The notes: generated by a model not told the origin, from the letters alone. Positions 30,951 to 45,819 are shown, counted from the stretch's first letter. The stretch is DNA of 64,000 bases from Octopus vulgaris (GCA_951406725.2 OX597837.1:5828001-5892000); one strand, 5' to 3'. Program-made: numbers and translations.

Positions 30951-31401
30951 CTTCACTTGAATGCTGCAATGTCTGTCTGTTTGTCGGTTATTGTCGTTGT
31001 ATACCATTGAAATACAGCGGCGCCGATAAAAATTTATGACAAGAAATAAATAGTTCTATTTTACCTTTTTTTCCTTTTTCTATCGACTTTGCTTTCTATT
31101 CTGTTAGAGTAACTGAGGGGGAAAATTAATCTTGAAACGGTTAATTACATTATTGAGTACGCAATAATTTTCAGTCTATAATTTAATTTTCGAGGACGCG
31201 AGAACGCACTCATGATCTATTCATTTCATTCAGTTTTTTGTTTTGTTTGTTTCCTTTCTGTACTTCCCATACTTCCTGTCGATTATTCACCATAATTATT
31301 AAACTTCCCTGAAGTCAATATGATTTATTTTTAATTCTATCTGACTCTATTGTAACCTTTCACTCGTTCTGCAAGAAATAGTAGCCAAATATATATATGT
31401 A

Positions 31402-31680
31402 TCTATATATATATAAAGCTGAAGTTGTCTGTGTGTGACAGGCTTCGTAGCCTTCAACTAACGCTATATCCTCCGAGATCCTGCGGCATAAGTTGACCAA
31501 AATTGAAAGTATGATAGAAGAAAGCTTGCTCTTTACTTCGTAGAAGATAAAATTCAAATCGGACCATGTTAAGACCAAAAATTATATATTTCAAAATGGT
31601 GCTTTTTTTTCTACGAAAATCACTATTTTTTACGATTTTTCGAATACTGTGTCGCCATTTTTCGGTGTATTTCAACCAGA
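31402..31680 (+). mobile_element. Probable non-autonomous Helitron 5' fragment
   Basis: a|tctatatatatataaagctgaagttgtctgtgtgt resembles TC-start Helitron 5' ends; no 3' CTAG end found. Confidence 0.4.
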
Positions 31681-31685
31681 ATTAT

Positions 31686-32716
<1,031 letters not shown>

Positions 32717-32717
32717 T

Positions 32718-32844
<127 letters not shown>

Positions 32845-33181
32845 TAATAATAATAATATTAATAATAATAATAATAACAATAATAATAATAGTAATAATA
32901 ATAATAATTATTATTATTTTTATTAAAATATTATTATATGTTATTATATATATATACACACACATATATATACATATATATACACACATATATACATACA
33001 TATATATATACATATATATATATGTGCATCTCGCTCTCTGATTATATATATAATTCATACATACACACCCACACATATATATGTATATACGTCTGAAACA
33101 TAGGTACTCTCACAGAAGCATCCACGCATACATATATTTCGAGAGAAACAGAAACACAGTGATAACGAAAGAGATAGATAA

Positions 33182-33256
<75 letters not shown>

Positions 33257-33264
33257 TAAATAGG

Positions 33265-33295
<31 letters not shown>

Positions 33296-33302
33296 GATAG
33301 GT

Positions 33303-33417
<115 letters not shown>

Positions 33418-33897
33418 TGTAGGGAGAGAAAGAGATAAAAGAGGAAGTAAGAGACAAAATACTTTCTAAAGTGTGTTTTCATAGGTAAAAATAGAAAATA
33501 AAAACGCCCAAAGAAGAAAATAAAGAATGAAACGAAACAAAAAATCAGAGAAAAATGAACGAAAAATGAAATATCTGAGAGTGAGAAGGCATGAGACAAA
33601 AGAAGACAAGAGACATGAATATCACAAATACATAAAAACAATTTCTGTTGCTCATATTAAAGCAATGATGACTGCAACACAAATCAATCGATCTAATATG
33701 AAAAGAATCACAACTGAAAATTCAATAAAATATACATCACAGCACAATAACAGGAGATATAATTAACTTAACGGATTGACAGAAAGTTAACACTAGAAAC
33801 ACTGCCATGACTCCTCTCTCTTCAGCGTTTCGTAAATTATGTCACGGCCGAGTAATTAATTTACAGGTTAATGGTTTTTCAGTATATGTATATCTTC

Positions 33898-33931
<34 letters not shown>

Positions 33932-34022
33932 ATGTATGTATGTATGTATGTATGTATGTATGTATGTATGTATGTATGTATGTATATATATATGTATGTA
34001 TGTATATATGTATATATATATG

Positions 34023-34054
<32 letters not shown>

Positions 34055-34927
34055 CACACATGTGTGTATATATATATATATGTATATATATGTATATATA
34101 CACACATGTGTGTATATATATACACATATGTACATATATATATCTATGTACGTATATATATATACATATATGCATACACGTACAAATATATATATATTTA
34201 TGTATGTTTGTGTGCATATCTATCTTTATCTCTCTCTCTCTTTCACTCTCTCTGTCTCTCTATATATGTATATACACACATACACGCTAACACACACACA
34301 CACAATCACTCACACACAACATTTTCGTACTTGGAATATATATGGGTGTGTGTTTGTGAGTATATATATATATCTACTATCTATCCATCTCATACACACT
34401 ATGATAATATATAGATATATATATACATATTCATAGACACCTACACACGCACGTACACATACACACACACCTTGTATAGTGCTACTTAAATAGCATCACT
34501 TAAAACCACTATTTAAAACTCCGCATGCATCTTTATATAACGAAATTTGAAATTGCGTTTAGAATTTGTGTAGTATAGGTCAACTCTCTTTTACTGGTTT
34601 CCATCGTTAACAAAATCATACAGTGAATGTAGAAATACAATGCCTATCGAAATAGGAGATTCGGTTTTGGAATTTCATATTTTTATGAAATAAATATTCT
34701 GTTTTTGCATTAGTATTTTCTGCTCGAGAGCTACGGTCATGCTGGGGTTATCGCCGTTACCTTTGCTTTTTTTCCCTACTTCAATCTCTGCTGACAAAAG
34801 GTGGCATTGGGTGAATGAATGAGTTTGATTTTGCTGCCCTCATCAGCGTTTCCTGTCGCCAGATAGACTTATCCGGACCTCTTGATAGGAAGAGATACAG
34901 TTTTATTTTGGATATGCTCACATACTA

Positions 34928-35424
34928 AGGCGGTGAGTTGGCAGAAACGTTAGCACGCCGGGCGAAATGCTTATCGGTATTACCTCTGCCCTTATATTCT
35001 GAGATCAAATTCCACCAAGGTCAACTTTGCTTTTCATCATTTCGGGGTCGATAAATTAAGTACCAGTTACGCACTGGGGTCGATATAATTGACTTAATCC
35101 GTTTGTCTGTCCTTGTTTGTTCCGTTTATGTTTAGCCCCTTGTGGGCAATAAAGAAGTCAGAAACGTGAGCACGCCGGACGAAATGCTTAGCGGCATTTC
35201 GTCTGCCGTTACGTTCTGAGTTCAAATTTCACCAAGGTCAACTTTGCCTCTCATCCTTTCGGGGTCGATTAAATAAGTACCAGTTACGCACTTAGATCGA
35301 TACAATCGACTTAATCCGTTTGTTTGTCCTTGTTTGTCCTTTCTGTGTTAAAGAAATAGGTTTTTCGTCTGCCGCTACGTTCTGAGTTCAAATTCCTCCG
35401 AGGTCGACTTTGCCTATCATCCTT
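34928..35424 (+). mobile_element. SINE type B, compound/tandem copies
   Basis: ggcggtgagttggcagaaacgttagcacgccg head; repeated ttctgagttcaaattcc..ggtc(a/g)actttgcc bodies. Confidence 0.85.
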
Positions 35425-35569
35425 CGCTCGTTTTGAGAAAATTTGGTTTAAATGTTTGACAACTCACCACCGTCCATTGGACGGGGGGCGTTTTGCTCGT
35501 GTATATATATATATATATATGAAAAAACAAGTAAAAAATAGAAAATGCTAAAATAATTTTATAGTGAAC

Positions 35570-35615
35570 ATTTCAGTACCGGTTTCGGTCATTTTGAGAC
35601 CTTTTCAACTGTAAC
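35570..35615 (-). ncRNA. Minimal hammerhead ribozyme with U3:A8 variant core (F3), mirror copy
   Basis: Reverse complement of 36189-36234. Confidence 0.72.
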
Positions 35616-36188
35616 GATTAAATAATTAAATTTAGAAAAATTTGAAGAAAAGTTTTTTTAAAAGAATATTTCTATAGTAGTGTTCAGATTTAAGTGGCAT
35701 TCTGCCTTTCTCTGACTCCCTTGTTTGCACTTGTGTGTTCGAGGTAGTTGTGAGTTCTTGGTAGGGTAGTAGAGGGAAGGCTGGTGAGGAAAGGGGGTGG
35801 GAGAATCTGGGAGTGCCCTGATGGTCGTATTTTGAATGGTCAGTGGCGGCTGGCAGTCTCAGTTCAATTCAGGAGAATATTTATATTGACAGGCTAATTC
35901 TATAAACAAGCCTGTCAATATAAATATTCTCCTGAATTGAACTGAGACTGCCAGCCGCCACTGACCATTCATAATACGACCATCAGGGCACTCCCAGATT
36001 CTCCCACCCCCTTTCCTCACCAGCCTTCCCTCTACTACCCTACCAAGAACTCACAACTACCTCGAACACACAAGTGCAAACAAGGGAGTCAGAGAAAGGC
36101 AGAATGCCACTTAAATCTGAACACTACTATAGAAATATTCTTTTAAAAAAACTTTTCTTCTAATTTTTCTAAATTTAATTATTTAATC

Positions 36189-36234
36189 GTTACAGTTGAA
36201 AAGGTCTCAAAATGACCGAAACCGGTACTGAAAT
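36189..36234 (+). ncRNA. Minimal hammerhead ribozyme with U3:A8 variant core (F3)
   Basis: gttacag-TTGAAAA-ggtc tcaaaat gacc-GAAAC-cg-GTA-ctgaaat; palindrome ACCGGT in place of stem III. Confidence 0.72.
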
Positions 36235-36317
36235 GTTCACTATAAAATTATTTTAGCATTTTCTATTTTTTACTTGTTTTTTCATATATATCAACTCGTG
36301 TGTTCCTTTTCACCCTT

Positions 36318-36354
<37 letters not shown>

Positions 36355-36475
36355 TATTTGAGAAAATGAGTCCAGATGGCACTTTTGTTTTAATGGTAGC
36401 CATCTCTACTCATTTTTCCAAATATATTATACGGTACCCCAAATCTTTTATAATTCTAATATATATATATGTATG

Positions 36476-36523
<48 letters not shown>

Positions 36524-36535
36524 ATTATGTATATG

Positions 36536-36605
<70 letters not shown>

Positions 36606-36725
36606 AATCAAGGAACGGCCATAATAGGCCATTCACCCACTAGAAATAACAGCCAAAGCTTCAAACCGCAAAACAACATTAATTCCGCAAACCAGGAGAA
36701 AATTAAAAAAACATTTACCCTGCAA

Positions 36726-36830
36726 TTTCTTATACGATGCACCGTTTCATCTATTGTTTAATGGTAAACTAACCTGATTAAATTAAATCAAGCCAATCTT
36801 CCATAGGCCGATAGATTCGTCAGTAAGAAA
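36726..36830 (-). ncRNA. Type-I hammerhead ribozyme with extended stem II (F2)
   Basis: Reverse complement of 37821-37925. Confidence 0.85.
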
Positions 36831-37210
36831 CAGCCAGATCGGAGCAGATATTTTCACGAGGCACTTCAATCCCTGCCTCGGCAATATCTGACCTAAAATT
36901 TTCAAATCATCGCACTCGCGCCAAATTTATCGGCAGCAAATATAAGCCGCCGATTCCATTACGGAATTAACCAGAAAATTCATAATTAATCAATATAGGG
37001 TGGCAAAAGATTTTCGTAGAATTTTTTTGCCACCAGCGGCCTAGTGGGAAAAATAAAATAGTCATAGACCATTTATAAGTTCAACATCACAATCAAGGAA
37101 CGGCCATAATAGGCCATTCACCCACTAGAAATAACAGCCAAAGCTTCAAACCGCAAAACAACATTAATTCCGCAAACCAGGAGAAAATTAAAAAAACATT
37201 TACCCTGCAA

Positions 37211-37315
37211 TTTCTTATACGATGCACCGTTTCATCTATTGTTTAATGGTAAACTAACCTGATTAAATTAAATCAAGCCAATCTTCCATAGGCCGATAGA
37301 TTCGTCAGTAAGAAA
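37211..37315 (-). ncRNA. Type-I hammerhead ribozyme with extended stem II (F2)
   Basis: Reverse complement of 37821-37925; 485 nt from the previous copy. Confidence 0.85.
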
Positions 37316-37820
37316 CAGCCAGATCGGAGGAGATATTTTCACGAGGCACTTCAATCCCTGCCTCGGCAATATCTGACCTAAAATTTTCAAATCGTCGCAC
37401 TCGCGCCAAATTTATCGGCAGCAAATATAAGCCGCCGATTCCATTACGGAATTAACCAGAAAATTCATAATTAATCAATATAGGGTGGCAAAAAATTTTC
37501 GTAGAATTTTTTTGCCACCAACGGCCTAGTGGGAAAAAATTAAATAGTCATAGACCATTTATAAGTTCAACATCACAATCAAGGAACGGCCATAATAGGC
37601 CATTCACCCACTAGAAATAACTAGAAAATCTACGAAAATATTTTTTTGCCACCCTATATTGATTAATTATGAATTTTCTGGTTAATTCCGTAATGGAATC
37701 GGCGGCTTATATTTGCTGCCGATAAATTTGGCGCGAGTGCGATGATTTGAAAATTTCAGGTCAGATATTTCCGAGGCAGGGATTGAAGTGCCTCGTGAAA
37801 ATATCTCTCCGATCTGGCTG

Positions 37821-37925
37821 TTTCTTACTGACGAATCTATCGGCCTATGGAAGATTGGCTTGATTTAATTTAATCAGGTTAGTTTACCATTAAACAATAG
37901 ATGAAACGGTGCATCGTATAAGAAA
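37821..37925 (+). ncRNA. Type-I hammerhead ribozyme with extended stem II (F2)
   Basis: tttctta-CTGACGA-atctat...(G.U-rich hairpin)...atagat-GAAAC-ggtgcatc-GTA-taagaaa; 7-bp stem I, canonical core. Confidence 0.88.
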
Positions 37926-38153
37926 TTGCAGGGTAAATGTTTTTTTAATTTTCTCCTGGTTTGCGGAATTAATGTTGTTTTGCGGTTTGAAGCTTTGGCT
38001 GTTATTTCTAGTGGGTGAATGGCCTATTATGGCCGTTCCTTGATTGTGATGTTGAACTTATAAATGGTCTATGACTATTTAATTTTTTCCCACTAGGCCG
38101 CTGGTGGCAAAAAATTCTACCAAAATTTTTTGCCACCCTATATTGATTAATTA

Positions 38154-38211
<58 letters not shown>

Positions 38212-38214
<3 letters not shown>

Positions 38215-38570
38215 GACACTCCGTTGGTTTCGATGACGACGGTACCAGTAGATCCGATCAACGGAATGAACTGCTCCTGAGCACTCCTCAGGCAGGTTTC
38301 CCCTCAACGTTGTCCTCGGGGGAGATTCAACGTGACACAGAGTGTGACAAGGCTGCCCCTTTGAATTACAGGTAGAACAGAAACAGCAAGAAAGAGTGTG
38401 AAAAAGTCGTGGTGAAAGAGTACAGCACTGTTCGCCACCAGCCGCTGCGAGAGATCGTGGAGCTTTCAATGTTTTCGCTCAATAAACACTCAGAACGCCT
38501 GGTCTGGGAATCGAAACCGCGATACCACGACCGCGAATACGTAGCCCTAACCACTGGTCCATTGCGCCTC
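38212..38570 (-). mobile_element. SINE type C-related (same 3' half, different centre)
   Basis: Reverse complement shares the tail (gatc..gtcgtc..aac..cggagt) and a tRNA-like head (cagtggttagggc..ggtttcgattccc) with 39592-39908. Confidence 0.7.
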
Positions 38571-38911
38571 ACACACACACGTCTATATATATAGAGAGAG
38601 ACAGAGGGGTGATGGATCTGTGAATTAATAGTGTGAAGATTATGCGTTATTACTCAATGCGTATGCATCAACAAACTCTGACGCGAACACAGACACAGTC
38701 ATACACAGACACACACACCTATATAACTATATTCATGGGTAAATGCAAATATGTCCTATGGCACTATCGATTATCGAACACGCATGTTTATGTATACATT
38801 CATATATGCATGCATACATACATATGTACCTTCATAATACATACATACATACGTAGATATATATAATTATATACATGCATATATATATATGAGTATACAT
38901 ATATATATGTA

Positions 38912-38971
<60 letters not shown>

Positions 38972-38984
38972 CCTACATATATAA

Positions 38985-39015
<31 letters not shown>

Positions 39016-39237
39016 TGTATGTATGTATGTATGTATGTATGAATGTATGTATGTATGTATGTACGTATGTGGATATGTGTTTATGGATGGATCTATACAT
39101 ATATTATCATCATAGGATATTTAAATATAAGCAATTAATTATACATTTCTGCGTCTGTGTTTCTGTGTATGTATGTATATATGTATGTATGTGTATGTAT
39201 GTACGTATGTATGTATGTATGTATGTATGTATGTATG

Positions 39238-39268
<31 letters not shown>

Positions 39269-39531
39269 GTGAATGTGTTTCGTGTGGGCTTTGAGTGGGT
39301 GCCTTCGTAATTACATAATTACATCATAAAGCCGTTCATTTAATCCTGTTCACACATCTGATATCGAAACATTCGATCGAACTAGGAAATTTAAAGTGAA
39401 CGGCAATCGATCGCATTATTTTATTCGCAAATATACACCAATACACAAACACATAAATACACCCACGTACGCCCACTCATGCGTATTTATGTATAATCTC
39501 ATAATATCCTGAAATGTACACTCTTACATAG

Positions 39532-39589
<58 letters not shown>

Positions 39590-39591
39590 GT

Positions 39592-39908
39592 GAGGGCGCG
39601 TGGCTAAGTGGTTAGGGCATTCGGCTCATGATCGTAAGGTTGTGAGTTCGATTCCCGGCGACGCGTTGTATCCTTGAGCAAGACACTTTATTTCACGTTG
39701 CTCCAGTCCACTCAGCTGGCAAAAATGAGTTGTACTTGTATTTCAAAGGGTCAGCCTTGTCACTCTCTGTGTCACGCTGATTATCCCCGAGAACTACGTT
39801 AAGGGTACACGTGTCTGTGGAATGCTCAGCCATTTGCACGTTAATTTCACGAGCAAGTTGTTCCGTTGATCGTATCAGCTGGGACCCTCGTCGTCGTAAC
39901 CGGCGGAG
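39592..39908 (+). mobile_element. tRNA-derived SINE type C with CORE-like central domain
   Basis: A box gtggctaagtggttag, B box gagttcgattccc, then tccttgagcaagacacttt...ctcagctggcaaaaatgag. Confidence 0.8.
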
Positions 39909-39918
39909 TCTTTTTTTT

Positions 39919-39970
<52 letters not shown>

Positions 39971-40895
39971 TTTTTCTTTCTATTCTTTTTATTTTTTATT
40001 TTATTTTATTCATTTTCTTTTGTTCTTTTCTTCCCATTTACGATCCCTCTTGATTGAAAACCTACGCCACCCCCCTTTTTTTCTTCTTTTGTTTTTTTTT
40101 TTCATCCTCCAAAAGAAAAGCTCTGCCTTGTAACTTGTCCCATCTGTGTGCAGCCCTGTGTGGCCAATAAAGAAACTTATCTATCTATCTGTCTATGTAT
40201 CTAAGTAACTAACTATCTAACTATCTATCTAACTAACTATCTATCTATCTATATTTATCTATATATCTATGTCTGCCCCTTTCTACCTTCCTGTATATAA
40301 ATACCTCGTTAGGGACCTGCGAAACTTGTAGTAGTACGGAAACCGAGTCAAACTCGTTTGAATAATATATATATACACCCCCATACACATATGTATATTT
40401 ATATATATATATATACACCTATATACACTGATCGACAGAAATATAGAGAACACAAAGCTACCTTTGTCAGAGCCGTATATAAGTTGCGGGGATGTAAACA
40501 ATCCAGCAGCGGTTGCGAAGCGATAGCCGGGGTGGGGATGCAGACACGCAGACACAGAGATGCACAGATAATGGAATTAAGACAAGGTATAAAATGCTAA
40601 AATAATTTTGTGTCATACATTTTGTAACGTCAAATGCCGGTTTCTGTGTTTTCGACTTTTTCAATTAAGAATAAAACGAAATATTGTAAATATTTCCATA
40701 GTCTTCAAATAAGTGGGACATTTCTATTTTTATGTGTCCATAAAAAAACGATAGACATATATAGAACAGTCGCTACCCACGAATTAATTTAGAACACACC
40801 CCACTGCTACTGGTTCTACAACCACAAAAGTCGCCGTTAGATCACGTGACGATTAAAGCATATTCCACAAATGGCCTTTTCTACACCCGTCTCCT

Positions 40896-40933
40896 TCTTT
40901 CTGTAGAAGAGCGTAGGCTCGAAACATAAAAGA
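40896..40933 (+). ncRNA. Minimal hammerhead-like motif with CUGUAGA core (F4)
   Basis: tcttt-CTGTAGA-A-gagc gtag gctc-GAAAC-ATA-aaaga; the element extends to ~41020, then (TA)n. Confidence 0.6.
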
Positions 40934-41017
40934 CTTTTTCTATTCCTGAGCGTTATACTTATACATGTTTGTTTTGTACACCACCTGTTTTCGTCTTTTG
41001 TTTTTTTCGTAAACTCT

Positions 41018-41056
<39 letters not shown>

Positions 41057-41148
41057 TGAATTAAAGGCAATGCTAATGTTACTCCGTAATAATCCTTATC
41101 ATCGTTATTGTTATCATATTATTATTGATATAAATATACATATATATA

Positions 41149-41204
<56 letters not shown>

Positions 41205-41304
41205 ATGTGTGTGTGTGTGTGTGTGTCTGTATATGAGAGAGAGAAACATATGGTATAATTATAAATAGGGCAAATTTTTAGCTATTTCTCAGCAGACTGA
41301 AATG

Positions 41305-41355
41305 AACGACCTTAATCGATTTTCGAACCTTATTTAGGTTCTCATCAGAGGCGTC
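41305..41355 (-). ncRNA. Minimal type-I hammerhead ribozyme (F5, single copy)
   Basis: gacgccu-CUGAUGA-gaaccu aaaua agguuc-GAAA-aucgau-UA-aggucguu; 6-bp stem II, palindrome AAUCGAUU; adjacent to (TA)n. Confidence 0.85.
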
Positions 41356-41370
41356 TACAGCATTCTGATA

Positions 41371-41455
<85 letters not shown>

Positions 41456-41669
41456 GAATAAAAGAATGAATAAAAGAGTCGAACGAAGATTTTAACACAA
41501 TTCATTTTAAATAATACACAAATTTCCACACAAGAACACGGGCTTTCTACCCTTGGCTTGTAGCTTCAACCGTGTTTTCTGACGTGAATTTGCTACCCAG
41601 GTATCGATTAACCGAATAATCAATACTAGGATAATTCATTCACATACATATATATATATATATAGATAT

Positions 41670-41700
<31 letters not shown>

Positions 41701-41756
41701 TAGATATAGATCTATAAGTGTGTGTGTGTATGAATCTGTGTATGTATATGCATATA

Positions 41757-41860
<104 letters not shown>

Positions 41861-42978
41861 CGGTATGGGCGCAACTCTAAAGCTGAAACTGATAAAAACA
41901 CAAATACACAAAAACACGCACACACACACACACACACACATACACGCACACACATAAAATTCAACTTTTACGACAAGTAAACAACTTCTCAGTATCCATT
42001 GGATTGTAATGCATCCTAGATTAAAACCGCCCAGAGGGCGTTGCATTCGTCTGTTGTCCATAGATAAACAAATGAGCACAGACGGAAAAAGCAGCGGAAA
42101 ACAGGTGTGGTTGTTTGCTCATAAAATAAATATTCTCTATGTAAACCACTCCCTTGTGTTATACACATGCACATACACACAGACAAACCGACACACACGC
42201 ACACGCATTCACATATATACATACGTGCGTGCACAACCACACACTCACACACACAGGCACATAGAAACACACACGCAAATATTTAAATCATATTTATCTC
42301 ACAGCTTCAGGTGATGTTTTTTAGCACGTGCATAATACATACATACAGCTTGTGTATAACAGAGAAGCTTCGTATACGTGCGTATATACACACAAATACA
42401 TACATACACATATATATGTATTTCATATATTATATATATAGGTATATACACAGATATATATACATATGTATATACATGTATACGTGTGTGTATGTGTGTT
42501 GTGTCTGTGTGAGTGCATATATACACTGTTCTTCATGCATATGCATACGTACATACGCGTAACTACATACCCAAACACACTCTCTCACACAGACAGACAC
42601 GCATAAATACACAGACACACACACACACACACACACAAACACAGACTTGTGTGTGCCACAAAACATTATAAAGATATTAAGATTCATAGGGAGAAATTAT
42701 CGCGAGATGGATTGCTTTGATACGTCTTCACCTTTACTTAATACAATTATATTATCAAAAAGCCTTATATATAGATATGTGTGTGTGTCTGTCTGTGTGT
42801 ATGTATGTATGTATTTATATCACCATCTCATCGATACAGCAAATCATTTTTGTCGAGTTCGATATGCACTGAATTAGTTTTAGGGAGCAAAGAGATCGCT
42901 TAACACATTAGCAGGTGCAGTGATGTTTACTTGCTTTATTCTGTCTTATTTGTTTGTATACATACACATATACACAGA

Positions 42979-43016
<38 letters not shown>

Positions 43017-43432
43017 AAGCAACGCACGAACATAAAAACACTACACTTCCATACAAACGCTACAGACACAAGCATATGCGCACGTCAACTTGTAATTCAT
43101 TCGTTTCTGCTTTACGCTCTTCAGTTCGTCGCCCGCGTCGTTTTCGTCGTCTTTAGCTTTTATGGAATTAAATAGAAATCTCTCTACGTGAAATATCTTT
43201 GGAATCCATTTTAGATGAAAGGATAAATAAATAAATAAATAAATAAATAATTATATAAAGGAATAAAATATAAGCACTCCAGATAGAGGAACAAATTCAT
43301 AATTGTACCTTTTCGTGTTTGCTATTTTATTGGTTGTGCTGTTTTTGTAATTTTTTTTCTCAACCTTTTATTTTTGCTTTTTCGTGATATTTTTCGGTGC
43401 TTTCTTTGTTGGTCCTTTTCCTCTGATTCTCC

Positions 43433-43463
<31 letters not shown>

Positions 43464-43815
43464 CTTCTTCTTCTTCTTCTTCTTCTTCTTCTTCTTCTTC
43501 TTCTTCTTCTTCATCTTCTTCTTTCTTCTTCTTCTTCTTTCTTCTTTTTCTTCTTCTTCTTCATCTTCTTCTTTCTTCTTTCTTCTTTTTCTTCTTCTTC
43601 TTCTTCTTCTTCTTCTTCTTCTTCTTCTTCTTCTTCTCCTTCCTTTTCTTCTTCTCCTCCTTCTCCTCCCCCTCCTCATCCTTCTTCTTCTTCTTCTTCT
43701 TCTTCTTCTTCTTCTCCTCCTCCTCCTCCTCCACATTTTTCTTCTTCTTCTTCTTCTTCTTCTTCTTCTTCTTCTCCTCTTCCTCCCCATCCTTCATCAT
43801 CATCATCATCATCGT
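43433..43815. repeat. (CTT)n/(CCT)n polypyrimidine microsatellite block
   Basis: Seen directly. Confidence 0.95.
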
Positions 43816-44576
43816 CTTCAAACACTGCATCAATCGCTAGGCATCAGTATTTGCTCCCCCGAATATATCACACCCTACACCCAACACCTTGGAACACCTT
43901 CTTCTTTTACGCATTCCTCTCAGCTATTCTCCATGACAATTTTTTTAACAGATACATTAACGTAAATTGATCTCACCATCGTAGGAATTTCCTGAAGGCT
44001 ATGGAGAACAGTCCCGTTCCTCAGACACCGGAAATAAGGAACACATTGCAGCCTGATGAGTTGAATCCCCAGTAATATTAATGAATTCTCTTCCTGGTAT
44101 TGAGGACGATGATTATGTTAGTTTTGGTGTCCATGTTGTATCTGTTGAGTGTAAATCGCTTCGTGAGTTTGTTGCTGATATTGTTGCTGACGCCGTTTAT
44201 TATACATGATCATCATTTATTTGCCATCTCATCTCCTTTCACATAATCCCCCCAACACTTTTGTTACTTTTCATTTCTCTCCCGCTTTTTTCCAACGCTC
44301 TCTCCCCCTTTTTTACAACGTTCTCTCCCTTCCTTTCTCTCTTCCCCTCTCTCGCTATCTCCATATGTGTATATGTATGTATTTATGTATGTATAAATAT
44401 ATATGCACGAATGTACACACACATACACATACACAGACACACAAGTATATATCTATGTATGAGTGTATATATGTATGAATGTGCATATGTATGTATCTGT
44501 ATGAAGATATACGCACACATTTGTATTGATACGAACATACACCATACATACACGCATACATACATACATACATATA

Positions 44577-44636
<60 letters not shown>

Positions 44637-45338
44637 CAGTTATATATATATATTCAGTTATATATATATATACATATATACAGTTATGTCTATTACTCTG
44701 TTCTCTATATATCTTGAAATCATTACATTAATGTCCTTCCTCTCCGCCTCTCAGTCACTCCTTCTCTCTGCTTTCCTTTCTTTCTCCCATTGTCTCTCTC
44801 CGTTTCTCTCAATATCTACGTAGGCACATACACACACATAAGTACACACTGACACACACACAGCTATAATGCGCGCATTATGACATAAAAGAAACTGCCT
44901 GCAGTCCATTGTGTCCGCGTGTGTTGCTGTGTATAAATTTTGTACATATGTATACATACATTTTATGTGCATCGGTATGTGTGCCATTGTGTACGTATGA
45001 ATTTGTAATGGTGGCGACAGCGAGTGAAAGTATATGTTTTGTCCGCTTCGTTTTCTCCTTCTTCATATGCAATTATCATTAAATTAAGGCGATATCTATT
45101 TTCAGTTTAGCTGTGTTGTACATTTTGGTACAACAATTTCCATTGATTGATAACGAGATAGAGAGCAAGAGAGAATGGTAGGTGAGTGTATATGTGTTGG
45201 TGTATGTATGTTGGTGTGTGCATGAGTGTGTTTGTGTATGTATATACGTATATATTTCTCTCTATGTATACATCTCTTTATTGTAATATATTGTTTGTAC
45301 TTATGCGTCTGTATCATATTTATGTACATACACATATC

Positions 45339-45404
<66 letters not shown>

Positions 45405-45405
45405 C

Positions 45406-45446
<41 letters not shown>

Positions 45447-45519
45447 CATATCTATTTATCTATCTATCAATCTAACAATCTATCTATCTATCTATCTGTC
45501 TATCTATATATCCATCATA

Positions 45520-45571
<52 letters not shown>

Positions 45572-45585
45572 AGTACGTATCTATA

Positions 45586-45616
<31 letters not shown>

Positions 45617-45658
45617 GAGTACGTATCTATATGTTTATCTCCCACTCTCTGTCTATAT

Positions 45659-45702
<44 letters not shown>

Positions 45703-45819
45703 CGTGTGTGTGTGTGTACAGCCATATGTGTATTTTATGCATCAATGCATATATATGTATATTGATATACATCTATCTATAAATATATTAACTCACGAAC
45801 ACATATATATATACATATC

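Larger units (their letters stand above)
35521..36283. mobile_element. Near-perfect palindrome (375-bp arms, 13-nt spacer) of HHR-bearing family F3
   Basis: 35521-35895 is the reverse complement of 35909-36283; two mismatches noticed; the right arm continues to ~36320; (TA)n flanks. Confidence 0.92.
36601..38157. mobile_element. F2 tandem/inverted array: about 2.1 tandem ~485-bp units (minus sense, 36601-37621) joined to an inverted ~530-bp copy (37625-38157)
   Basis: Unit starts atcacaatcaagg at 36601, 37086 and 37572; copies nearly identical; (TA)n on both sides. Confidence 0.92.

Noticed and set aside
39592-39665. tRNA genes at SINE heads (also 4820, 26100-26174, 34928, 62928)
   Set aside because: A/B boxes are present but there is no complete cloverleaf, and each continues into a SINE body.
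43985-44075. Protein-like frame NFLKAMENSPVPQTPEIRNTLQPDELNPQ and a CTGATGA
   Set aside because: Weak acceptor, no recognisable homology, and no matching HHR stems or GAAA.
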